Below are positions 9,351-20,330 of a stretch of 57,911 nt of DNA, in pieces. The notes beneath the pieces were generated by a model. That model did no database searches and was not told the origin of the DNA. It was given only the letters and a program-made list of their open reading frames with translations. Within the stretch, counting starts at the first letter, position 1. Every line of letters starts with the position of its first letter. The position numbers were made by a program, and so were the translations under genes. Source of the DNA: Acidobacteriota bacterium (lineage in GTDB: Bacteria > Acidobacteriota > Vicinamibacteria > Vicinamibacterales > UBA2999); contig JACPCS010000055.1 in the NCBI GenBank assembly GCA_016184455.1, positions 1 to 57,911 on the forward strand. Direction: 5' to 3'.

Positions 9351-10262
9351 ATGTTTGCACTCAACTACCACCACCTGCTCTATTTCTGGACGGTCGCCCG
9401 CGAAGGCGGGATCTCCCGGGCGGCCGAGAAGCTCCGGCTGTCGCAGCCGGCGGTCAGTGCGCAGATCAAGGCGCTCGAGGCGTCGCTCGGTGAGCGGCTC
9501 TTCCAGCGGCAGGGCCGGACGATCGTGCTCACCGAGGTCGGCCGCGTCGTCGAGCGCTACGCGACCGAGATCTTCACCACGGCCAACGAGATGCTCGAGA
9601 CGCTGAAGGGGCGGCCGACGGGCGGTGCGCTCCGGCTCGCCGTCGGCGTCGCCAACGCGGTGCCGAAGCTCGTCGTCTACCGGCTGCTGCGGCCGGCGAT
9701 CGAAGGCGCGGCCGCGGTGCAGATCACCTGCAGCGAAGGAGACCCGGAGCAGCTCCTGGCGCAGCTGGCGACGCATTCGCTCGATGTGGTGATCAGCGAC
9801 ACGCCGGCGGCGCCGCGCGTGCGGGTGAAGGTGTTCAACCACCTGCTCGGCGAATCGGGGACGACCTTCTTCGCGGGCCCCGCGCTCGCGCGGCGGCTGC
9901 GGCCGCGCTTTCCCCGGTCGCTCGATGGCGCGCCGATACTGCTGCCGACGAGCAACACGTCGGTTCGCCGAGCCCTCGAGCAGTGGTTCGAGGACGAGGG
10001 CGTCCATCCGCGCGTGGCGGGCGAGTTCGAGGATCCGGCGCTGCTGATGACGTTCGGGGAGGGGAGCCGGGCGCTGTTTGCGGCACCGACCGCGATCGAG
10101 CGCGAGGTGCTCCGCAGCCACCGCGTCGTGGCGGTCGGCCGCACGGGCGCGGTGCGCGAGCGCTATTACGCGATCTCGGTGGAGCGGCGGCTCACGCACG
10201 CGGCCGTCGCGGCCATCACGAGCGCCGCGCGCACCGAGGTGTTCGCCGACCGCCGCGGCTGA
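9351..10262 (+). CDS. LysR-family transcriptional regulator
   Basis: N-terminal wHTH 'LNYHHLLYFWTVAREGGISRAAEKLRLSQPAVSAQIKALE'. It is divergent from the ATPase across a 35-bp AT-rich gap. Confidence 0.85.
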   Translation: MFALNYHHLLYFWTVAREGGISRAAEKLRLSQPAVSAQIKALEASLGERLFQRQGRTIVLTEVGRVVERYATEIFTTANEMLETLKGRPTGGALRLAVGVANAVPKLVVYRLLRPAIEGAAAVQITCSEGDPEQLLAQLATHSLDVVISDTPAAPRVRVKVFNHLLGESGTTFFAGPALARRLRPRFPRSLDGAPILLPTSNTSVRRALEQWFEDEGVHPRVAGEFEDPALLMTFGEGSRALFAAPTAIEREVLRSHRVVAVGRTGAVRERYYAISVERRLTHAAVAAITSAARTEVFADRRG

Positions 10263-10273
10263 CTCGTGCGGAA

Positions 10274-11461
10274 CTACTGAATTCGGCCGCCCACTGGCAG
10301 GCCGCTCGGTACGCGAGGCGGCACCGTGCGGTCGAAGCCGGGATCGCTGAGCGCCTCCTCGAGAAAGGCGATCAGATCCTCGTCGTCTTCGTCGACGCCG
10401 CGGAGCTGCCGGAGCAGCGGATCGAGCTCGTCGCGGCTCACGTTGGGGTTGCGATCGTTCCCGCGCCGCGAGTCGACGTCGTCATAGAACTCGAGGACCT
10501 CCTGGAGCGTCTGGAAGATCCCGCTGTGCATGTACGGCGCCGTGAACGCGAGGTTGCGGAGCGACGCGGTGCGAAACGCATATCGCTCGCCGGTGCCTCG
10601 ATCGCCCGCACCGGCGTCGGAGGCGGGCAGCGCGCGGTTGTCGGGAACACCGAGCACGTGGAGCTTGTAGTCGGAGAACATCGGGCCGTTGTGGCACCTG
10701 ATGCAGCCGATGCGCTCGAACCGCCGCATGCCACGGAGCTCAGAGGGCGACATCGCATCGCCGTCGCCCCGCATGTAACGATCGAACGGCGCATTCGCGG
10801 CGGTGAGCGTCCGCTGGAACGCCGCGAGCGCCCGTGCGAGATTGACCGCGGTGACCGCCCGCTCGCCGCCGAACGCCGCGCTGAAGAGCCGGCGGTACTC
10901 GGCAATCGCGTCGAGCCGCGCCACGACCATGTCCACGGCCTTCTCCTCGGCGTAGGTCTGGCCGCGCATCTCTTCGAAGGCCTTCAGCGGCTCGAGCGAC
11001 TGGGCCTCGAGCCCGCGCGCGCGGGTGTCCCAGAACATGGGCGCCGCCGCCGGGTCATATTCGCCGGCCGGATCGCTCCCGTTGAAGGCGACGTTCAGGA
11101 TGGTCTGACTGTTCCGCTTGACGAGCGGAATCGAGCCGTTTCCGGCAAAGCGGCGCCGGTGACCGAGCCCCAGGCCCGTCACGCCAATCGAGAGGTCGCG
11201 GTTCTCCGCATAGCCGAACTGCGGGTGATGGCACGTCGCGCACGCGACGTCGCGCGGCCCCGAGAGCACCGGATCCCAGAAGAGCAGCCGGCCGAGCGCC
11301 ACCTTTGGCGGGGTTGTCGGATTGTCGGCTGGCGTGCGGACCGCTCGCGGCAGCGCCCCCGCGATCTCCTGGCTTCCGGCGTCAGCGGAGAAGTAGAGCA
11401 CCGCGACGCCCGTCGCGCCGGCCAGCAGAAGGCCGGTCATGGTGTTCCGCATGGCTGTCAC
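10274..11461 (-). CDS. Di-haem cytochrome c peroxidase (CCP/MauG family)
   Basis: Signal peptide and two CxxCH haem motifs ('CATCHH', 'CIRCHNGPMFSD'). Conserved 'WDTRA...LE.Q' block. Confidence 0.85.
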   Translation of the reverse strand: MTAMRNTMTGLLLAGATGVAVLYFSADAGSQEIAGALPRAVRTPADNPTTPPKVALGRLLFWDPVLSGPRDVACATCHHPQFGYAENRDLSIGVTGLGLGHRRRFAGNGSIPLVKRNSQTILNVAFNGSDPAGEYDPAAAPMFWDTRARGLEAQSLEPLKAFEEMRGQTYAEEKAVDMVVARLDAIAEYRRLFSAAFGGERAVTAVNLARALAAFQRTLTAANAPFDRYMRGDGDAMSPSELRGMRRFERIGCIRCHNGPMFSDYKLHVLGVPDNRALPASDAGAGDRGTGERYAFRTASLRNLAFTAPYMHSGIFQTLQEVLEFYDDVDSRRGNDRNPNVSRDELDPLLRQLRGVDEDDEDLIAFLEEALSDPGFDRTVPPRVPSGLPVGGRIQ

Positions 11462-11520
11462 ACCTTACGACAGAAACCATGAAGAGACCATGAAGTGTGG
11501 CAGCGAAAGGTCGGCGCAAG

Positions 11521-12177
11521 TCAGAGGTGCCGCTCGAACCAGTCGCCCGCGAGCCGCTGCACCTCGTCGAGCGTGCCGGGCTCTTCGAACAGGTGCGTCG
11601 CACGGGGGACGATCGTCAGCTCCACCCGGGCGCTCCGCATCTGCCGCTTCGCCTCCTCGTTCAGCTCGATGACCGGCTCGTCGCGCTCGCCGACGATGAG
11701 CAGCGTCGGGACGGTCACGCGCGGGAGCGCCGCGCCCGCCAGGTCGGGGCGGCCGCCGCGCGATACGACGGCCCGCACGAGCGAGGGCCGCTCGGCGGCC
11801 GCCATGAGCGCCGCCGCCGCGCCCGTACTCGCCCCGAAGTAGCCGATCGGCAGCTTCTGCAGATTGCTGCGCTGCTGAAGCCAGTCAGTGGCCATCACCA
11901 CGCGCATGGCGAGCCGGTCGATGTCGAAGCGGTACTCCCGCGTGTACTCGTCGACCGACTCCTCTTCGCGCGTCAGCAGATCGAGGAGGAGCGTCCCGAG
12001 CCCGCGTTGCTGCAGTGACCGAGCGACGGCCCGGTTGCGGGAGCTGAACCGGCTGCTGCCGCTGCCGTGGGCGAACACCACCAGTCCCGATGCTGTGTCG
12101 GGCACCTCCAGGTCGGCCTCGATCTGCCGGCCGCCTCCGATCGGGATGGCCACGGATTCTGCAGCGATGACGGACAT
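11521..12177 (-). CDS. Dienelactone hydrolase family alpha/beta hydrolase
   Basis: 'VVFAHGSGSSRFSSRN', nucleophile elbow 'GASTGAAAA', and C-terminal 'TIVPRATHLFEE'. Confidence 0.8.
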   Translation of the reverse strand: MSVIAAESVAIPIGGGRQIEADLEVPDTASGLVVFAHGSGSSRFSSRNRAVARSLQQRGLGTLLLDLLTREEESVDEYTREYRFDIDRLAMRVVMATDWLQQRSNLQKLPIGYFGASTGAAAALMAAAERPSLVRAVVSRGGRPDLAGAALPRVTVPTLLIVGERDEPVIELNEEAKRQMRSARVELTIVPRATHLFEEPGTLDEVQRLAGDWFERHL

Positions 12178-12242
12178 TGTAGTTGTCAGTTGCCAGAAAC
12201 CAGTATGGCAACCTCGGTGCCAGCCAGTACGATGAGCACCTG

Positions 12243-13220
12243 ATGCTGCGAACCGTCCTGCTGCTGGCCGGCGCCGCGCTGCTCGGCGTTCTGCTGTGGC
12301 GGCTCGGACCGGCGGACATTTTCGCGCTCGTCGGCCGCGTCGGCTGGGCTTTTGTGCCGGCCGTCGGGCTGTACACGCTGCATCACGTCGTCCGCGCGCT
12401 CGCGCTGCAGGCCTGCGTGCCGCGCCAGGGCCTGCTCGGCTATGGCGACGCCCTGGCGGTTCGCCTGTCCGGCGAGGCGATCCAGTCGCTCACCTTCAGC
12501 GGTCCGGTCCTGGCCGAGCCTGCCCGTGCGTGGATGCTCACGCGCCGCGGCCTGACGCTGCAGGAGGGGCTCGCGGCCACGGTGACCGAATACCTGATCA
12601 GCGCGTTCGTCACGGCAGCGCTCTCGATCGGCGGCCTTCTCTACATCGTTCGAGCGTACAACCCGCCGCCGTCGCTCGCGGGCGCGTCGATCGTCGTGGC
12701 CGCGCTGTTCGCCGCGTTCCTCGCGGCGGCCGCGGTGGCCGTCGCGCGCCGCTTGTATCTGATCGGGACGATCGTCGGCGGGCTGAGCCGTCTCGGCGTG
12801 CTGCGCGGCCGTCTGCGGCCCGACATGGCGTGGGTCAACCGAACGGAGGACCTGCTGCTGGCCGTCCTCCGCGATCGCCCGGCACTGCTCGGTCGCGTGT
12901 TGCTCATCGAGGTAGCCGCTCAGGTCCCGCTCGTGATGGAACTGTTCGTTCTGCTCCGTGCGCTCGACGTTGGGGCCACGCCGCTCTCGCCGATTCTGAT
13001 CGAGGCGTCGGCCAAGACGATCGGCATCGTGTTCATGTTCGTGCCCCAGCAGATGGGCGTGGCGGAAGGGACCTACGCGCTGATCTTCGACGTGCTGGCG
13101 CTTCCCGCCGCGGCCGGCTTCGCGGTCGCGCTGCTGCGGCGAATTCGCGCGCTGGTGGTGACCGCAATCGGACTGATGCTCCTCGCGCGGCTGACGAGAC
13201 GTCCGCTCGTCCCGAGCTGA
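12243..13220 (+). CDS. Polytopic membrane protein, flippase-like (UPF0104 / LPG-synthase-TM-like) family
   Basis: About 8 TM helices. The start is set at ATG 12243, because the upstream TTG ORF start at 12183 would lie 5 bp from the divergent gene start. Confidence 0.5.
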   Translation: MLRTVLLLAGAALLGVLLWRLGPADIFALVGRVGWAFVPAVGLYTLHHVVRALALQACVPRQGLLGYGDALAVRLSGEAIQSLTFSGPVLAEPARAWMLTRRGLTLQEGLAATVTEYLISAFVTAALSIGGLLYIVRAYNPPPSLAGASIVVAALFAAFLAAAAVAVARRLYLIGTIVGGLSRLGVLRGRLRPDMAWVNRTEDLLLAVLRDRPALLGRVLLIEVAAQVPLVMELFVLLRALDVGATPLSPILIEASAKTIGIVFMFVPQQMGVAEGTYALIFDVLALPAAAGFAVALLRRIRALVVTAIGLMLLARLTRRPLVPS

Positions 13221-13271
13221 GCGGCCTCTCGGCGGCCACGTTGCATCTCCTCAGAACGGAGGAGATGTGCG

Positions 13272-13844
13272 ATGGCTCATCTGAAAGCGTTCGTTGTACT
13301 CGCGCTCGTGTGGCTGGCGGCGCCGTCCGCCTTGGCGCACCATCCGTTTTCCGACGAGTTCGATCGGTCGCAGACCGTGACCTTGAACGGCACGCTCACG
13401 CGCATCGACTGGCAGAATCCGCACGTGTATGCGTCTGTCGACGTCAAGGATCCCGAGGGGAACGTCGTGAACTGGAAAGTGGAGATGGGGAGCACCGCCG
13501 CGCTCACGAAGGAAGGGTGGACGCGGACCTCGCTGAAGCCGGGCGATCCGGTCACGATCCAGGCGTGGCGTGCGAAGAACAACCCGACGCTCGCCAACGC
13601 CGAATCGTTCACGCTGCCGAACGGGAACAAGATGGCCGCGGCGTCGTCGGCCTTCATGGCGCCCGAGAGCCAGCTCGCGCGCGGCGAGCCGCAGCCGGCG
13701 GACCAGCTGCCGGCCAGCGAGCAGGGCGTCGGCACGACGGGTACAGAAGCGCTGCCGTCGACCGCGAGCCCGCTGGCCCTGTACGGGCTGCTCGGCGCGC
13801 TGGCGCTTGGCGGCGCGCTCGGACTGCGCCGGATTCGCAGCTAG
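13272..13844 (+). CDS. Secreted hypothetical protein with a C-terminal hydrophobic and basic (PEP-CTERM-like) tail
   Basis: Signal peptide ending 'ALAHHPFSDEFD'. C-terminus 'PSTASPLALYGLLGALALGGALGLRRIRS' is P-rich, then a TM helix, then RR. Confidence 0.55.
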   Translation: MAHLKAFVVLALVWLAAPSALAHHPFSDEFDRSQTVTLNGTLTRIDWQNPHVYASVDVKDPEGNVVNWKVEMGSTAALTKEGWTRTSLKPGDPVTIQAWRAKNNPTLANAESFTLPNGNKMAAASSAFMAPESQLARGEPQPADQLPASEQGVGTTGTEALPSTASPLALYGLLGALALGGALGLRRIRS

Positions 13845-13846
13845 AC

Positions 13847-13928
13847 CGGTTCTCAGGTTCTTGGGTGCACAGGTGCTCAGGTTCTGGTTCGCAGAACCCG
13901 AGCACCAGGCACCGAAGCACCGAAGAAC
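13847..13928. promoter_or_regulatory. Nested, imperfect inverted repeat in a lower-GC intergenic gap. It could be a terminator, a 5'-UTR structure or a regulator site.
   Basis: Inner arms 'gtgctcaggttctg' / 'cagaacccgagcac'. Outer arms 'gttcttgggtgc' / 'gcaccgaagaac'. Additional direct repeats 'caggttct' and 'gcaccgaag'. Confidence 0.4.
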
Positions 13929-13950
13929 TCAGCCATGGAGGACCAGGACG

Positions 13951-14202
13951 ATGAAGGTACGGGACATCATGACGCCTGACCCTGAGGTCGTCACGCCGGA
14001 AGAGCCGATCAGCCGTGCCGCGCGGATCATGCGCGACTACGACGTCGGCATCGTGCCGGTCGTCGGCGACAGCGAGAGCCGCAATCTGGTCGGTGTGATC
14101 ACCGATCGCGACATCGCGTGCCGCCACGTCGCCGACGTGGTCGAGAAGGTGTCGGAGCCGGGACACACCCGGCGCGCTGACGATCGTGCCTGGAGTGCCT
14201 AG
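13951..14202 (+). CDS. CBS-domain protein (single CBS pair fragment)
   Basis: 'MKVRDIMTPDPEVVTPEEPISRAARIMRDYDVGIVPVV...LVGVITDRDI'. GGAGG RBS 8 nt upstream. Confidence 0.6.
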   Translation: MKVRDIMTPDPEVVTPEEPISRAARIMRDYDVGIVPVVGDSESRNLVGVITDRDIACRHVADVVEKVSEPGHTRRADDRAWSA

Positions 14203-14257
14203 GCACTCGTCTTCCCGCGCGAGCCAATCAGGTAAACTGCCAGCCTGCCCTCGTCCC

Positions 14258-15676
14258 ATGCGTAACGTGGACGCGGTGGTCGTCGGCGCCGGCCCCAACG
14301 GGCTCGCCGCCGCCATCGCCATCGCCCAGACCGGCCGCCGGGTGGTCGTCTTCGAGGCGGCACCGCAGGTCGGCGGCGGGTGCCGATCCGCTGAGCTCAC
14401 ACTCCCCGGCTTTCTTCACGACGTCTGCTCAGCCGTGCATCCTTTCGCGGTTGCGTCCCCGTTCTTCCGCTCGCTGCCGCTCGCCCAGCACGGTCTCGAA
14501 TGGATCGAGTCGCCGGCGATGGTTGCGCACCCCTTTGGCGACGGAGATGTCGCGTGCGTCTATCGTTCTGTCGATCGCACGGCAGATGCCCTGGGGACCG
14601 ACGGCGCCGCGTACCGCCGGCTGTTCGCGCCGCTGATGGATGACTGGCCGCGGATCGAGCACGCCGTGCTCGGGCCGCTGCGCTGGCCGCGGCATCCGCT
14701 TGCGCTCGCGCGGTTCGGCCTCTCGGCGCTGCAGCCGGCCGAACGGCTGGCCCGGCGCGTGTTCCGCGGGGAGCCGGCGCGTGCGCTGTTTGGCGGGATT
14801 TGCGCGCACGGCATGCTGCCGCTCGACATGCGGCCGACGTCGGGCATCGGACTGGCGCTGACCCTCATGGCGCACGTCGCCGGCTGGCCGATCCCGCGCG
14901 GTGGGGCGCAGTCGCTCGCGAACGCGCTCGCCGCGCACCTGCGTTCGCTTGGCGGCGAGATCGTCACCGGCACGCCCGTTTCCTCCATCGACGAGTTACC
15001 GGCAGCAAAGGCTGTGCTGTGCGATCTGTCCCCGGCGCCGCTGCTGCGGATCGCAGGTCATCGGTTCCCGCCGCGGTTCCGTTGCGCGCTCGAGCGCTAC
15101 CGCTACGGCATGGGCGTATTCAAGGTCGACTGGGCGCTCGCCGCCCCGATCCCCTGGCGGAACCCGGCGTGTGCGCAGTCGGCCACCGTGCACCTCGGCG
15201 GCACGCTGGCCGAGATCGCCGCCTCCGAGCGCGACGCCTGGAGCGGCCGGCATGCGGAGCGTCCGTTCGTCCTCCTCGCCCAGCCGACGCTCTTTGACAC
15301 GTCGCGCGCCCCAGCGGGCCGGCACGTCGTCTGGACCTATTGCCATGTGCCACGCGGGTCCGAGCTCGACATGCTGCCGCGGATCGAGCAGCAGATCGAG
15401 CGCTTCGCGCCGGGGTTCCGGGAGCACGTCCTCGAGCGATCGGTGATGGGTCCGGCTGACCTCGAGCGGTACAACGCCAACTACGTGGGTGGCGACATCG
15501 CGGCCGGGGCAGTCGATCTTCGCCAGCTGTTCACACGTCCGACGTGGCGGACCTATGGCACGCCCGTGCGAGGGTTGTATATCTGCTCGGCGGCGACGCC
15601 GCCGGGGGTCGGCGTCCACGGAATGTGCGGCTACTTTGCGGCGCGGCGTGCCCTGGACGAGGTGCTGCGCGACTGA
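14258..15676 (+). CDS. FAD/NAD(P)-binding oxidoreductase, phytoene-desaturase-like (COG1233-type)
   Basis: Rossmann motif 'DAVVVGAGPNGLAAAIAIAQTGRRVVVFEA'. The ATG is internal to a longer ORF. Confidence 0.75.
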   Translation: MRNVDAVVVGAGPNGLAAAIAIAQTGRRVVVFEAAPQVGGGCRSAELTLPGFLHDVCSAVHPFAVASPFFRSLPLAQHGLEWIESPAMVAHPFGDGDVACVYRSVDRTADALGTDGAAYRRLFAPLMDDWPRIEHAVLGPLRWPRHPLALARFGLSALQPAERLARRVFRGEPARALFGGICAHGMLPLDMRPTSGIGLALTLMAHVAGWPIPRGGAQSLANALAAHLRSLGGEIVTGTPVSSIDELPAAKAVLCDLSPAPLLRIAGHRFPPRFRCALERYRYGMGVFKVDWALAAPIPWRNPACAQSATVHLGGTLAEIAASERDAWSGRHAERPFVLLAQPTLFDTSRAPAGRHVVWTYCHVPRGSELDMLPRIEQQIERFAPGFREHVLERSVMGPADLERYNANYVGGDIAAGAVDLRQLFTRPTWRTYGTPVRGLYICSAATPPGVGVHGMCGYFAARRALDEVLRD

Positions 15677-15936
15677 ACGGTTCGAAGCTACTGCCCGTGG
15701 CTTCGTTTGCGCGGTCGGCGTGAGCGTTTTGCGGGATGCGGCGGCGCGTCGTTGATTCTGTCGAGCGGGCGCGCGACGACCCGGCCGTTCCGGCGCCCTC
15801 GACCTTCCACGTGCACCCCTTTCACGACCCGCTCCAGCACATCGATTGAGTCTTGCTCTCGTTTTGGCGACGGCATCGATTCTTGCCGGCCAAACTGCAA
15901 GTTGCGCGCCCGTGGCGCAATCCGGGTGGATCCGGT

Positions 15937-15960
15937 AATATAGGACTAATCAGGTCGGAG
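15937..15960 (+). promoter_or_regulatory. Putative IscR-type operator upstream of the Rrf2 regulator
   Basis: 'aatataggactaatcaggtcggag' approximates the type-1 IscR consensus ATAsyyGACTrwwwyAGTCrrsTAT. It lies about 15 bp upstream of the start of the Rrf2 gene. Confidence 0.3.
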
Positions 15961-15973
15961 TTGAGACGCCGCC

Positions 15974-16417
15974 ATGCTAAGGCTCTCGAAAAAGACGGAT
16001 TACGGCCTCCTGGCGCTGCGGTATCTGGCGGCGGAAGCGCCGGCGGGTGTCGCCAGCGCACGCGCGATCGCGGAGCGCTACGACATCCCGGTCGAGCTGC
16101 TGGCGAAGGTGCTTCAGCAGCTCGCCCGTCTGGGCTACGTCGCGGCGCAGAAGGGGGCGCACGGCGGCTATCACCTGACCCGCCCGGCCTCGGCGATCTC
16201 GCTGGCGGAGATCGTCCAGGCGATCGACGGCCCGCTGGCGATTACCGCGTGCGGCCGTGACGAGGAGCAGTGCGAGCAGTTCGGCACGTGCACCGTGCGG
16301 GATCCGCTCGTGCGGGTCACGGAACGCATCCTCTCGGTGCTGCAGACGATGACGCTCGCCGAGATGGTGCCGGGCGAAGGCGCGATGCCGATGGTGTGGA
16401 GGGGCGCGGCGCGATGA
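15974..16417 (+). CDS. iscR: Rrf2-family Fe-S cluster regulator (IscR-like)
   Basis: 'MLRLSKKTDYGLLALRYLA...'. Cys triad 'CGRDEEQCEQFGTC'. First gene of the suf operon. Confidence 0.8.
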   Translation: MLRLSKKTDYGLLALRYLAAEAPAGVASARAIAERYDIPVELLAKVLQQLARLGYVAAQKGAHGGYHLTRPASAISLAEIVQAIDGPLAITACGRDEEQCEQFGTCTVRDPLVRVTERILSVLQTMTLAEMVPGEGAMPMVWRGAAR

Positions 16418-16740
16418 TCGAGATCACCGAGAACGCCGCACAGCAGATTCGCAAGATGCTGGCGAAGCGGCAGCAGGGGGAGACCGGACTGCGCGTCGGG
16501 ATCAAGGCCGGCGGCTGCTCGGGCTACGAGTACACGTTTGCGTGGGAAGCGGCGCCGAGGCCGAACGACGCGGTGTTCGAGTCGCCGGACGGCGCGAAGG
16601 TCTACGTGGATCCGAGGAGCCTGCGGCTCCTCGACGGCACGGTCCTCGACTACGACACGAGCCTGCTGAGCAAGGGATTTCTGCTGAACAACCCGAACGC
16701 GACGAGCACCTGCGGGTGCGGCGTGTCGTTCAGCGCATAG
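16414..16740 (+). CDS. sufA: A-type Fe-S carrier (SufA/IscA/ErpA family)
   Basis: ATGA overlap with the iscR stop. 'GLRVGIKAGGCSGYEY...' and C-terminal 'CGCGVSFS'. Confidence 0.85.
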   Translation: MIEITENAAQQIRKMLAKRQQGETGLRVGIKAGGCSGYEYTFAWEAAPRPNDAVFESPDGAKVYVDPRSLRLLDGTVLDYDTSLLSKGFLLNNPNATSTCGCGVSFSA

Positions 16741-16743
16741 ATC

Positions 16744-16770
16744 GTACGGAGCGTCCGGCTTCAGCCGGAC
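16744..16770. repeat. REP-like palindromic element, type A
   Basis: 'gtacggagcgtccggcttcagccggac' lies between sufA and sufB. Stem GTCCGGC/GCCGGAC with loop TTCA. Confidence 0.6.
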
Positions 16771-16782
16771 CAGAGCGGAAAC

Positions 16783-18227
16783 ATGAGTACATCCACCGAG
16801 ACGATCGAACAACTGGCGAGCCGCGAGTACAAGCACGGCTTCTACACCGACATCGAGCAGGAGGTGATCCCTCGCGGGCTGAGCGAGGACATCATCCGGA
16901 TGATCTCGGCGAAGAAGCAGGAGCCCGCGTGGCTGCTCGAGTGGCGGCTGCACGCGTACCACACGTGGCTGACGATGACGGAGCCGACCTGGGGCAACAT
17001 CAAGTACGGCCCCATCGACTACCAGAACATCATCTACTACGCGGCGCCGAAGAAGAAGCCCGCGCTGCAGAGCCTCGACGAGGTCGATCCGGAGATCCGC
17101 CGCACGTTCGAGAAGCTCGGCATCCCGCTCGAGGAGCAGAAGCTGCTCTCGGGCGTCGCCGTGGACGCGGTGTTCGACAGCGTCTCGGTGGCGACCACGT
17201 TCAAGGAGAAGCTGGCGACGCTCGGCATCATCTTCTGCTCGTTCTCCGAGGCGGTGCAGCACCATCCGGAGCTGGTGCGCAGGTACCTCGGCACCGTCGT
17301 GCCGTACTCCGACAACTTCTTCGCGACGCTGAACTCGGCGGTGTTCAGCGACGGCTCGTTCGCCTACATCCCGAAGGGCGTGCGCTGTCCGATGGAGCTG
17401 TCGACCTACTTCCGGATCAACGCGAAGGAAACCGGGCAGTTCGAGCGGACGCTCATCATCGCGGAGGAGGGGTCGTACGTCAGCTACCTGGAAGGCTGCA
17501 CCGCCCCCATGCGCGACGAGAACCAGCTGCACGCCGCGGTCGTCGAGCTCGTGGCGCTCGACAACGCCACGATCAAGTACTCGACCGTGCAGAACTGGTA
17601 TCCGGGCGACAAGGACGGGAAGGGCGGCATCTACAACTTCGTCACCAAGCGCGGCATGTGCGCCGGCGTGAGCTCGAAGATCACCTGGACGCAGGTCGAG
17701 ACGGGTTCCGCGATCACGTGGAAGTATCCGGGCTGCATCCTCAAGGGCGACCACTCGATCGGCGAGTTCTACTCGGTGGCGACGACCAACAACTGGCAGC
17801 AGGCCGACACCGGGACGAAGATGATCCACCTCGGGAAGAACACCAAGAGCACGATCGTCTCGAAGGGGATCTCGGCCGGCCACGGCCAGAACACGTATCG
17901 GGGGCTCGTGCGGATCGCGAAGAACGCCGCGGGCGCGCACAACTACTCGCAGTGCGACTCGCTGCTCATCGGCGACACGTGCGGCGCGCACACGTTCCCG
18001 TACCTGGAGATCAGGAACAGCACGGCGAAGGTCGAGCACGAAGCGTCGACGTCGAAGATCGGCGAGGACCAGATCTTCTACTGCCGCCAGCGCGGGCTGT
18101 CGACCGAGGACGCCGTCAACATGATCGTCAGCGGCTTCTGCAAGGACGTGTTCCGGCAGCTGCCGATGGAGTTCGCCGTCGAGGCGCAGAAGCTGCTCAG
18201 CGTCAGTCTGGAAGGAAGCGTCGGCTA

Positions 18228-18228
<1 letters not shown>
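16783..18228 (+). CDS. sufB: Fe-S cluster assembly scaffold SufB
   Basis: Full-length match to the SufB pattern ('[13 protein letters not shown]...', '[22 protein letters not shown]'). Confidence 0.95.
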
Positions 18229-18979
<751 letters not shown>

Positions 18980-18983
<4 letters not shown>

Positions 18984-20317
18984 ATCTCGATCTGTACCGC
19001 ACCGAGTACACGAAGGCGCGCGCGCGCCGGCCGAAAGGCGAGCCGCCGGCGCTGGCCGAGCGCCGCGACGAGGCGTTGAGCCGGTTCCTCGAGCTCGGGT
19101 TTCCGACCACGCGGCACGAGGAGTGGCGGTTCACGAGCGTGGCGCCTATTGCGGATCAGCCGTTTGCGCCGGCTCCGCCGCTCGTCGGCGACGTCTGTCC
19201 CGTCGATGTCACCCCGTTCCGGTTCCACGGCGTCTGCGCGGCGGAGCTGGTCTTCGTCGACGGCCACTACGTGCCGTCGCTCTCGACGCGCGCGGCCCTG
19301 CTCGGCGGCGCCCGTGCGGGCAGCCTGGCGGCCGCGATCGCCGGACACGCGCCGGAGATCGATCCGTTCCTGGCGCGCGTCGCCGCCTTCGAGCGCGCGC
19401 CGTTCGTGGCGCTGAACACGGCGCTCTTTGCCGACGGCGCCTACGTGCACGTGCCGGCGCACACGGTGCTCGAGCACCCGGTGCACCTGCTGTTCGTGTC
19501 CACGGGCGGAGGGGCGGCGCACGGGTCGCCCCTGCTCATGTCGCATCCGCGCGTCCTGGCCGTCCTCGGTGACAACAGCCAGGCGTCGATCGTCGAGACG
19601 TACGCCGGGCCCGACGGCATGCGGTATTTCACCAATCCGGTCACGGAAATCGTGCTCGGCCAGAACGCGGTCGTCGTCCACTACAAGCTGCAGCGCGAAA
19701 GCTCCGAGGCGTATCACGTCGGGACGATGTCCGTGCGGGCGTCGCGGAGCGCGAACTGCGCCTCGCATTCGGTCAGTGCGGGCGGCGCGCTCGTCCGCAA
19801 CGACGTCGTGGCGGTGCTCGCGGGCGAGGGGGGCGAGTGCGCGCTGAACGGCCTGTATCTGGCCGACCGGCAGCGGCTCGTGGACAACCACACGACGATC
19901 GATCACGCGACGGCCCACTGCGGCAGCCGCGAGATCTACAAGGGCATTCTGGCGGACCGCGCCCGCGGCGTCTTCAACGGCAAGATCATCGTCCGGCCCG
20001 ATGCGCAGAAGACCGATGCCAAGCAGACGAATCGTGCGCTGCTGCTGTCGGAGGACGCGCAGGTCAACTCGAAGCCCGAGCTCGAGATCTTCGCCAACGA
20101 CGTGAAGTGCACGCACGGCGCCGCCGTCGGGCAGCTCGACGAGGACGCGGTGTTCTACCTGCGGTCGCGCGGCCTGGGGCTCGCCGAGGCGCGCCATATG
20201 CTCATTCATGCCTTCCTCGGCGACGTGCTGCAGCGCATGCCGCTGGCGCCGGTCCGGGAGGGCATCGAGCGCGTGGTCGCGCGACAGCTCGCGCGCGCGC
20301 TCGACGCGGCCGCGTAG
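18980..20317 (+). CDS. sufD: Fe-S cluster assembly protein SufD
   Basis: ATGA overlap with sufC. SufB/D-fold C-terminal region. Confidence 0.9.
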
Positions 20318-20330
20318 GAGGCGGGTGTCT

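Noticed and set aside
6371-9606. ORFs 6371-7879(-), 8018-9130(-), 8023-9606(+) and others overlapping the P-type ATPase
   Set aside because: Alternative-frame or antisense products of a 70% GC gene. Their translations are RG/RR/DD-rich low complexity. The ATPase frame carries DKTGTLT and GDGVNDAPAL.
9204-11482. ORFs 9204-10199(-) and 9983-11482(+) overlapping the LysR and cytochrome c peroxidase genes
   Set aside because: Shadow ORFs. The annotated frames carry a wHTH and two CxxCH motifs respectively.
12296-14400. ORFs 12296-13954(+) and 13654-14400(-)
   Set aside because: Frame-shifted or antisense low-complexity translations across the membrane-protein, secreted-protein and CBS genes.
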